A DNA stretch of 64,000 nucleotides from Leidyana gryllorum EB-2025a (Eukaryota > Protista > Apicomplexa): contig JBLWGC010000033.1 of the NCBI GenBank assembly GCA_048772705.1, positions 248,001 to 312,000 on the forward strand, read 5' to 3'. A model generated the notes under the pieces. The model searched no databases. It saw nothing but the letters and a program-made list of their open reading frames with translations, and had not been told where the DNA came from. The translations under genes and the position numbers were made by a program. Shown one piece after another: positions 56,447-64,000 of the stretch. Within the stretch, counting starts at the first letter, position 1. Each line of letters starts with the position of its first letter.

Positions 56447-57049
56447 ATGCGACCTCCATCAATCCGCAAGTTTGATCATCACCAATCTTATGATTTAGCC
56501 GCTGTCGCCTTCGCTCTCATCCCTCCACCTCGCCTCTTCCCCGTCGCAGCCGATAATAAAGCCAAACCGAATGACGATGACGACACTATCCATCAATTCC
56601 AATTTGATCCTTATACGGGACAGATTGCCTTGACCAAGGATAAGACCATCAAAGTCAAGATCAGCACGCCAACGCACTACCTGGGACCCGTCGGCTTCCA
56701 TCCAGCCAATGCGGGTCAACCAGGGATGTGGATGGGGGCTGGTATGGGAGGAGGCATGGGAATGGGTATGCAGATGGGCATGAACATGGGAGGTTTTCCC
56801 ATGGCCAGGGCTCCAGCCCGTCAAATGCCGATGGGCGGCGGTGTCAATCGCCATGGGAACAATTATTTTCAGGTCCAAAACAACGGAGCACCAGTGGCTC
56901 AACAGTTACCCGCACAAGCACCTCAAGTCGGAAGTCCGGCCTATAAAGCAGATCTGGCCGAGCTAGTCCTGCTGATGAACATTGAATCAGCAGCCCAGAG
57001 GAAAAAGCTGCTGCAGGACATACGCAGAGTGGATCAGATTGGTAGATAA
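56447..57049 (+). CDS. hypothetical protein with Gly/Met-rich segment
   Basis: 200-aa ATG ORF with a GMGGGMGMGMQMGM tract. Confidence 0.55.
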   Translation: MRPPSIRKFDHHQSYDLAAVAFALIPPPRLFPVAADNKAKPNDDDDTIHQFQFDPYTGQIALTKDKTIKVKISTPTHYLGPVGFHPANAGQPGMWMGAGMGGGMGMGMQMGMNMGGFPMARAPARQMPMGGGVNRHGNNYFQVQNNGAPVAQQLPAQAPQVGSPAYKADLAELVLLMNIESAAQRKKLLQDIRRVDQIGR

Positions 57050-57332
57050 CGCTGAACCGTGCTGGTAGCAACATGTCCGCCCCTTAGACTGACTCATTGA
57101 TGTACTCAAGTTTGACATCTAGATCGTTTTTGAACGTTTTAGAAGATTCCCCCTGTTTCGTGCCGCCTTGCACAGTGGACTGAGCCGTCAGCATATATAA
57201 AGTTACATACATCCAGAAAGTTAGTGCTCGATGTGTGCGCCGGCCAGTCGGCCGCACACACGCACGCACAGAGGCAACAGTATTACTGTGGCTGTTGCTG
57301 TTGGGGAGGAGGTAAACTGGTGGGCGCCGCAC

Positions 57333-57818
57333 TCATGTTCGTACAAAGCCGCTTGAGCTGATCCATGAAGCCTTGTACGTCATTGGGAGCGAGTCCCAAA
57401 GCAACACACGCAGCCTGGGTGGGCGATTGTGCGGGAGGGCGAAAAAAAAGTTGAAACTTACTGTGGACCAATCCTCAAAGTCAGCAAAATGATGTTTGTC
57501 GATGAGGTTGGGGTGCGATGCGAGTTCTAATGCGGACTGCTTGTAGATCGCTTCATATCCCTCGAAAGTCTGAGGGGATTTGGTTGACTGAGGGATCGGA
57601 CTGATATCATTTACCATCTTTGTGAGGTCAATCGGGTAGATAGCAAGAAGCGGGTTTACTTCGAGCAGTTTCTCATACGACAGCGTCTGCGGCTCATCCT
57701 CAGCAGTTGCTACTTGCTGTTTTGCAGGTGGCGGCGGGGGAGGGGGAGGAGGCCTCAGTATCATTTTATGTCCATCAGCTGGCAATGAAAAATTAGGGTC
57801 CTTGATCAAAAAGTTCAT
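57333..57818 (-). CDS. hypothetical protein with poly-Pro tract
   Basis: 161-aa ATG ORF; the 3' exon structure is uncertain. Confidence 0.45.
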   Translation of the reverse strand: MNFLIKDPNFSLPADGHKMILRPPPPPPPPPAKQQVATAEDEPQTLSYEKLLEVNPLLAIYPIDLTKMVNDISPIPQSTKSPQTFEGYEAIYKQSALELASHPNLIDKHHFADFEDWSTVSFNFFFALPHNRPPRLRVLLWDSLPMTYKASWISSSGFVRT

Positions 57819-57827
57819 ATTCGTAAA

Positions 57828-58193
57828 TTAAGGCAAGCACTCGTCAGGGTGGTCGCAACACCAAGGGTTAAGGGCACAGGCGCTTAAAATAGACCTGTGA
57901 CCAACTCTATCGGCTAGACGCGTTTGGATCCGACCAATATATGTGGCTGTCTCGTTGATGGGTCTTAATAAAGTCGAGTTGATGGTTGCATCAAATTGAT
58001 CCTTGGCCAAGGTAACTCGGTCACCGAGTTGATTGACCCCTTCTCTCAACGGCGCCATTGTAGCGTTCCGTCGACTGAGTCGATCAGCCAAGATCTGATC
58101 TCGAGCTGTCAACTGTGTGGTCCTGGCATCCTCGATCGGGCCGATGGCAGTAGCCCCAGCCCGCTGGACCCCACTCAACACGGTACTCGTCAT
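57828..58193 (-). CDS. hypothetical helical protein
   Basis: 121-aa ATG ORF filling the gap between its neighbours. Confidence 0.4.
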   Translation of the reverse strand: MTSTVLSGVQRAGATAIGPIEDARTTQLTARDQILADRLSRRNATMAPLREGVNQLGDRVTLAKDQFDATINSTLLRPINETATYIGRIQTRLADRVGHRSILSACALNPWCCDHPDECLP

Positions 58194-58214
58194 ATTGCCA
58201 AGTTGTTCCCATCT

Positions 58215-61200
58215 CTATAACGATTCATCATCATAATATGGCATCCCAATTGTTATATCACTCACCTTCTCGAACTGATTGTACCCGAGATTTGGTACGG
58301 GCAATCCCAACGCTAAGGGGTTGCGACTCACCCCCGTGCGGTCTAAAATCCGGCCCAATATGCCTCCCCTCGGCTTTTCGTGCTCGTGTACTGGGGTGGC
58401 TGAGGGGTCTGCCAGTCTTGCGACCGGCTTGGGGGCAGATTCTCGATATTCGTCCTCGTCCTCGTCACCAACTTCAGCGTCGCTGTCTTCTCCGACCTCC
58501 TCCACTTGGAAACCACTCATCTGTGGTCCGTCTGCCACATACAGTGAAGCCGCGGCTTGACGGACTCCAAAGTTGGATGAGGTTGTTGCTCGAGGCACAG
58601 CCCCAGTGGCGAGATAATCCGCACTCATCCAGGAGAATTCCCCATCTCCAGTCGGTCGGCGTGCCGGTGGACGTCGTGGGATCAAACGAATTGGCTCTTC
58701 GTAGTTGTTGATAATAAGTGGTCGGGCCCAAGCTGGAGTCACAGGTGTCAGAACTCTTCCCACCACATTCTCTGCCACACCCGCTAAACCGGGACCCTGC
58801 GGTCCAAAGACTCCCCAGATTGGACCCGGAAAGATAGGCGGTGGTGGACCATCAAACTGTTCTGGTTGTAATAAATCTTGGAACGCTTCGCGGTTGTCAT
58901 CTGCCACACGGAGTTTCAGACGCACCAAATCACGCAGCACCGCCACCCACCAGGGGCTGCTCGTTTGACTGAGCATCGCGGTGACAGCTGTGACCAAATT
59001 GTCCACAACACCTCCGGCAATCGACAACAAACCCGAACCCGGAAAGATCCGACTGAGCAGCCCGCCCACCCCAGTTATGGGTGCGGCAGAAGCAGCCACA
59101 GCAGCGTTGGCACCTGCGGCCCCACCCGCCAGTGCGCCGATGAGGTCCTGTAACAGCAATGCTGCCCCAGCACCGCCAGTACCGTTTGCCACTGAACTAA
59201 TCAAACTGCTCAGACCACCCAAGCCCCCTCCGCCGTTGTTCACGACAATGGGTGCGATCCCAGGATACGGTTGATGGCTTCCAATGTCAATATGATTCAC
59301 TGTCCCGCTCACACCACCGCCCCACCAATCCCCGTTAACCCACGGAGGACTCCACGGCCCTGTTCCATTGCCCCACGGCCACGTTCCATTGCCCCACGGC
59401 CACGTACCGTTCCCTCCTGGCCACGTTCCATTCCCCCCCAACCACGGCGGCAGAGGCATTGTGCCATTTCCACCAGCATCATGCCATCCTCCGAGCCAAC
59501 CAATGAATAGGGGAAGCCAAGGCCAGCCTCCTCCCCAGCCTCCTCCCCAGCCTCCAAGTCCGCCTCCCCAGCCTCCCAGGCCTCCACCCCATTCACCCGG
59601 ACCACCTCCCCAGCCGCCGCCTCCCCAGCCACCAGAGCCTCCACCCCAGCCTCCACCCCAACCTCCAAGGCCACCGCCCCAGCCTCCCAGGCCTCCACCC
59701 CAGCCACCAGCACCTCCACCTCCGCCGTTCCATCTTCCCGGCCAGCCTCCTCCGTATCCGCCCGCTCCATATCCGAGCGGCCAGTTTCCGGTGAAGGGTC
59801 CGGCGTAGGTAGGATAGGTGCTGCCTCCACCGTAGGTACCATCGCGGTCAGGACCGATGCCACCAGTGTAACCCGGTCCCATACCGCCGTAGCCTCCGTG
59901 CCAGGCTCCACTGGACCAGCCAGTAGGCACTGTCCCGGGCACAGCATCTATGGGGGCTCCACCACTAACGTCACCTACGACAGCTGCTTGCTCTTCCTGG
60001 TACCCGTTCTCAGCCGCCTCCATCAGTAGAAGGGGGAAGAGGGCGCCATAGTGTTTGCCCAGCCAGGCGTCGATGGTACTGTTACTCGCTGTCAAATTGC
60101 CAACTGGCAATTTGATCCGAGAAGCCGGTCTCGCAGCGGTTGTGCTAGACGAGTTTGATTGGTTCGCAGGGGGAAAGTAAGTGTCCCATATGGAAGTGAG
60201 CGTTTTGTTGTCTCCAGCGCGATCGGTCGGAGGGAACCACGGCTTCGAGGCCAACCACATCTTCAAAAGAACAGCGGGAGGCAACGGCACCGTCGGATCA
60301 CCGGCAATCGATCTTTGTACCATCAGCATCTTCTGGGCCCAGGGCCTCGCTGTATAGGGATGATTCGCCCAGAACCGATCAAGCAGACGGGCTCCAGGGA
60401 TTCCAGCAGCCGCAGCATACCGTAAAGTCAGACTGCGCCACCTCTCATCCAAATCTATACGCGAGATAGGACCATTCGAAAACACCGCCTCCCGGATCAT
60501 CGGAAGGGGACGTCGTACCTGAAACTCCAACAAACGGATAAGGTCTTCTGGGTCTCTGTACACCGTCTCAAACTGGTTCACTGGTGCTTTCTGAAACATC
60601 TGCGGCGACGGCGGTATCATCCAGGGTGGGGGAGGGGAGAAAGGCATATAAGGTACAAAGCTATCCACAAACTCTCGCGCTTGCCCGATCAAGTCGACCT
60701 CCTCACTCTCGGACTCCTCTTGGGAGTCCTCAATGTCGTCATTCTCATTCATTGGATTCGTCAAAGCAATAGATTGGGCGGATGCCCTGTCGTGAACAAT
60801 CTCCTCGTCATCGGGGAGGACTACAAAAACATCATCGTGTGATAGTGGAGCGATACGGCGAAGATGATGGGCTGCCAACCAAGCCTGCTTCTTCTGCAAT
60901 TCCTGGCGCTCCTGCGCATCTGCAACCTGATCCAAAACTTCCTGATCAATCACCACAGCGTCGTCCTCCAACGGATTCATCAGCGTTACTTTAGGTACTC
61001 GCACTTGAGACAATAAGGTCACACTAGCTGGAATTTTATCTAACAGCTTATCCTTCACTTTATCTTTCATTATTTTCCTCTGAGCTTGCCGTACACGGGA
61101 GAAGGTACTGTTCACCGGAGGAATGTACTCAGACATCAAATGCAATGCTTCTCGCTGCCATAACGGCATCGTATTCAGCAAATCAGAAAAGTCGTTCACA

Positions 61201-61541
61201 GGCCCTATACCCGATGTCTGACCCAGCTCATCGGTGATAAAAGGTATCAACGAACTCCCTTTCGACGCATGACGTACAGAGACCAGCTCAGGATGACGAA
61301 TGTCGTCCATCTCGCGACGCCGGAACGGATTAGGAGGCAGATCTGCCAACTCCTGCGTCAAAGACGTCCCAGACTCCTTCCGCATCTCCTCCTCTATCAA
61401 GTACAGAGCCTCCAGAAGCAACAGCTCCTCAAGATCTTCGTGTAACTCATTAACAGCCCCCACATGATCTTCATTTGATAAAAAATCAGTCGCAGCATAC
61501 GCCACAAGGCCCCAAAAGGTGAGACGCCAGACGTACATCAT
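58215..61541 (-). CDS. secreted Gly/Trp-rich repeat protein
   Basis: Signal-like N-terminus, GGWGGG and GNGTWP repeats, and blocks shared with the next gene. Confidence 0.8.
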   Translation of the reverse strand: MMYVWRLTFWGLVAYAATDFLSNEDHVGAVNELHEDLEELLLLEALYLIEEEMRKESGTSLTQELADLPPNPFRRREMDDIRHPELVSVRHASKGSSLIPFITDELGQTSGIGPVNDFSDLLNTMPLWQREALHLMSEYIPPVNSTFSRVRQAQRKIMKDKVKDKLLDKIPASVTLLSQVRVPKVTLMNPLEDDAVVIDQEVLDQVADAQERQELQKKQAWLAAHHLRRIAPLSHDDVFVVLPDDEEIVHDRASAQSIALTNPMNENDDIEDSQEESESEEVDLIGQAREFVDSFVPYMPFSPPPPWMIPPSPQMFQKAPVNQFETVYRDPEDLIRLLEFQVRRPLPMIREAVFSNGPISRIDLDERWRSLTLRYAAAAGIPGARLLDRFWANHPYTARPWAQKMLMVQRSIAGDPTVPLPPAVLLKMWLASKPWFPPTDRAGDNKTLTSIWDTYFPPANQSNSSSTTAARPASRIKLPVGNLTASNSTIDAWLGKHYGALFPLLLMEAAENGYQEEQAAVVGDVSGGAPIDAVPGTVPTGWSSGAWHGGYGGMGPGYTGGIGPDRDGTYGGGSTYPTYAGPFTGNWPLGYGAGGYGGGWPGRWNGGGGGAGGWGGGLGGWGGGLGGWGGGWGGGSGGWGGGGWGGGPGEWGGGLGGWGGGLGGWGGGWGGGWPWLPLFIGWLGGWHDAGGNGTMPLPPWLGGNGTWPGGNGTWPWGNGTWPWGNGTGPWSPPWVNGDWWGGGVSGTVNHIDIGSHQPYPGIAPIVVNNGGGGLGGLSSLISSVANGTGGAGAALLLQDLIGALAGGAAGANAAVAASAAPITGVGGLLSRIFPGSGLLSIAGGVVDNLVTAVTAMLSQTSSPWWVAVLRDLVRLKLRVADDNREAFQDLLQPEQFDGPPPPIFPGPIWGVFGPQGPGLAGVAENVVGRVLTPVTPAWARPLIINNYEEPIRLIPRRPPARRPTGDGEFSWMSADYLATGAVPRATTSSNFGVRQAAASLYVADGPQMSGFQVEEVGEDSDAEVGDEDEDEYRESAPKPVARLADPSATPVHEHEKPRGGILGRILDRTGVSRNPLALGLPVPNLGYNQFEKVSDITIGMPYYDDESL

Positions 61542-61647
61542 AAACTGCTTTGCCTCCGATCAACGGATGACGATGTTTGTCTCAACTTGTCTGGACACAA
61601 ATACAACCTTAACAAATTGCGAGCAATCACAAACTGGGCTAACTTCA

Positions 61648-62601
61648 TCATGCATCATCAATCCGTATGATACCCTCCAAAGATGTGCGAAGTCTGCCTA
61701 AGAGCATATCCATCCACCACGGCGGTGTAATAGTCTCCCGCAGATTCTTGATTGGAGTAACTACACGTAAAGCAAAATTCCTCCCGAAGGTTCCAAGAAT
61801 ACTTCCAAAACCGGGCTCTAGATCCTGAGATTGTTCGTCCTCATCTGGCCGGAAGATCGCCGGAAACCACGGACGAGATTGTAGCCAAGTTCTCCATATT
61901 GACCCAGGTGTAGTCCGTTGGTCGATCGCATCGCGATCCATATCAGGAATCAACATGTCCATGTGACCTGGGGGCCCCATCATTGGGGGAGGAATATCTC
62001 TGGGGCTCAATGCCTTCTGAATCAAATGCATTTTCACATGCCATGGTTGGGATTGATCATCATCATCAAAATGGCTTTGGTGAATGAAGTGGCCGTTCAT
62101 TATGTCCTCCACGGGGTAACCGAGGGCGGCGGCATAACGCAGTGCCAGATGCTTCCAAGCAAGAGTGACAGGGGACTGCTGACAAACCGCTTCACAATTG
62201 TCCATATGGTGATAGTGATCATGATGATGTTGATGATGATTCAGGTTCTCATTATGTGCCCCCTTGTGGTGATGTTGGTGATATGGCCAACCGAACTTGT
62301 CTTGGGGCATGAAGCCACCGTCCATCAACCTTCCTCTCAGGCTTCCTGGCCCCAAACGCGGAATGAACAACGAGCCCTCTGTTGATCGAGCCTCAGGCGT
62401 ATCAAAGCCTTCCAACACCTCTTCCGGAGTATCAGGGGGTTCACTGTCGATCTGCACGGCATCCACCATCAGCAATCCTTCTAGTTCAGTGTGCAGACTC
62501 AATATCTCAGCTTCTTTGGATGTTAAAACATGAACGTTCTCGCCTGTGGCTACGTCAAGCAGTAATCCCAGGTAGCATAAAAGCGCCAATGGTACCCACA
62601 T
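61648..62601 (-). CDS. secreted His-rich protein, paralogue of 58215..61541
   Basis: MWVPLALLCYLGLLLDVATG leader, HHQHHHDHYHH tract, shared LRYAAA and PWFP blocks. Confidence 0.75.
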   Translation of the reverse strand: MWVPLALLCYLGLLLDVATGENVHVLTSKEAEILSLHTELEGLLMVDAVQIDSEPPDTPEEVLEGFDTPEARSTEGSLFIPRLGPGSLRGRLMDGGFMPQDKFGWPYHQHHHKGAHNENLNHHQHHHDHYHHMDNCEAVCQQSPVTLAWKHLALRYAAALGYPVEDIMNGHFIHQSHFDDDDQSQPWHVKMHLIQKALSPRDIPPPMMGPPGHMDMLIPDMDRDAIDQRTTPGSIWRTWLQSRPWFPAIFRPDEDEQSQDLEPGFGSILGTFGRNFALRVVTPIKNLRETITPPWWMDMLLGRLRTSLEGIIRIDDA

Positions 62602-62654
62602 TTTTGGGGTGACAGGTAGCAGCACACGTGTGTTTGCGAGACTGCCGGCACTTA

Positions 62655-63555
62655 TCAGACCTTCATATGCTTGTTGGAGTCAACTCCCAAGCCGCAAACC
62701 TCCAATGTCTTCGCTGACAGAACATACGCAGAGATAGCCGAACGCTCCAAGTGTTCACGCATGGTAGATCGCATCAGACGCGCGATGTCCAATGCGGCTT
62801 GGGTTCCGGCATTCATGAGCTGAGTCAGTACAGTTGCGTCGATTCTGCTCTCACATATCACAACAGATACATTCTTGGAACGTTCCACTACGGCCAATGT
62901 AAGTTCTGCTTGTGCCGCAGACGTTTCATTGGCGTTCGGATCTGTGACGCGCAATGTGATCGAATGACAGTACTGAAGACTCACCAATGACAACTTGGTT
63001 CTCTAGATATGCAACTGTAATCGCGCAAGGCACATCTGTGAGAGCAATCCCTGCTCTCATCAGCGCCAGCACGGTAGCGTTTATGCAGGCAGACAGAATT
63101 CCGCCATCGGCTCCGAGTACAGTGAGTTGAACAAGAATCTTTCCCTTGGACCGAGTCGTCACCAAGACTCCTTCGCAAGCGCTCTGGACAGTCTGAGCGT
63201 AGGAGGCATTGAGTCGTTCATTGCGTCGCGGTCGCCGTTCAGATCCAGCGAAGGTTGCCCACGAGATGTCAACCGCTAATTGGTGGTTCGAGTTCATTTG
63301 TTTGGCGAAGCGGGTCTGAGATAGTATAATGCGTGACAAGGGCGTTGGGGGTCTCTCGGTGCTTACGGTGCTACAGTCGATGACCTGGGCCAGTATCTGG
63401 GTACTGCCTTGGGTATACAATGCGGCACCAGTATCCGCGGGGCTGAAAGAAGTGAAGTCATCAGTAAGGCGTTCGAGCTTGATGTCCACATGGCGGTGTT
63501 GCTGAAGCTTGCGACCGTCCTGGCGCAAGTGCAGAGGAGATATCAGGTCGGACAT
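62655..63555 (-). CDS. RRP41: exosome RNase PH-like subunit RRP41 (2 exons)
   Basis: RQDGRK, GAALYTQGSTQI, ATFAGSERR, VLGADGGILSACINA..LALMRAGI. Intron 62942..62984 gives VVIDP..E. Confidence 0.85.
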
Positions 63556-63575
63556 GAGAGCTCGCAATCAAAAAA

Positions 63576-63974
63576 CTAAATGATGCTTTCAATTTTGCTA
63601 ACAGCATCTTGTACTGGGCCAAGGTCACTTCCAACATTTCTGCAATCATCAAAGGCGTCAGCAAGTGCCAGCCGTAGTTTCTCAAATCCCTCGGGGTCAT
63701 CTTTTGCAGCTTGCAGTAAAGATTGGTATGTCCAATGCTCCAGAGCATCTTCCAGATAAGGCATTCGGTCTTTGAGACCGGGTGGCTTTTCACCCATCAT
63801 TACGCTAGCTGTATCTCTGAGGTCTTGGGCGACCCAGGCTTTATCATGTTTAGGGTCGGGCACCCGCAAGGCGTTGATAAGCGGTTCGGCGACTCTACGG
63901 AGCAGAAAGGCCAGTTTGGGTGCGGCCTTCTTGGCTTTCGCAGTGCTTATTTCGCCTTCTGCCAAGTCCACCAT
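63576..63974 (-). CDS. hypothetical protein, possibly the 3' part of a gene starting beyond the window
   Basis: 132-aa ORF at the window edge. Confidence 0.45.
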   Translation of the reverse strand: MVDLAEGEISTAKAKKAAPKLAFLLRRVAEPLINALRVPDPKHDKAWVAQDLRDTASVMMGEKPPGLKDRMPYLEDALEHWTYQSLLQAAKDDPEGFEKLRLALADAFDDCRNVGSDLGPVQDAVSKIESII

Positions 63975-64000
63975 GTGAGCAATAGCAGTGCTGACGGGGT

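Noticed and set aside
59520-59720. Resemblance of GGW repeats to prion protein octarepeats
   Set aside because: No His or Gln in the unit and no PrP domain; compositional convergence only.

Overview
Gene-dense eukaryotic genomic DNA with short GT-AG introns (about 38-70 nt) and very short intergenic spacers. The gene content (ASP5/plasmepsin V-like protease, FolC-type synthase, many secreted low-complexity proteins) suggests an apicomplexan-type protist, possibly gregarine-like; this is inference only. Recognisable housekeeping genes are NAT10, FPGS/DHFS, a UTP6-like gene, two HAD 5'-nucleotidases, an aspartyl protease, SLU7, FCF1, MPG and RRP41. The standout feature is a ~20 kb minus-strand cluster (18.0-38.4 kb) of eight intronless glutathione S-transferase genes. 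Seven encode three sigma-like GST units fused in one chain, and one is single-domain. Most share an upstream, often palindromic, TTGGGACA/TGTCCCAA element, and a small His/Pro/Gly-rich ORF lies inside the cluster. Also present are three tandem F-box-like paralogues, a stand-alone membrane-anchored E2 acyltransferase domain, two paralogous secreted proteins (Gly/Trp-rich and His-rich) sharing an unrecognised domain, a palindrome-rich 1.6 kb spacer, and head-to-head gene pairs with only 17-48 bp between start codons. No CRISPR array, tRNA, rRNA or transposase was recognised.
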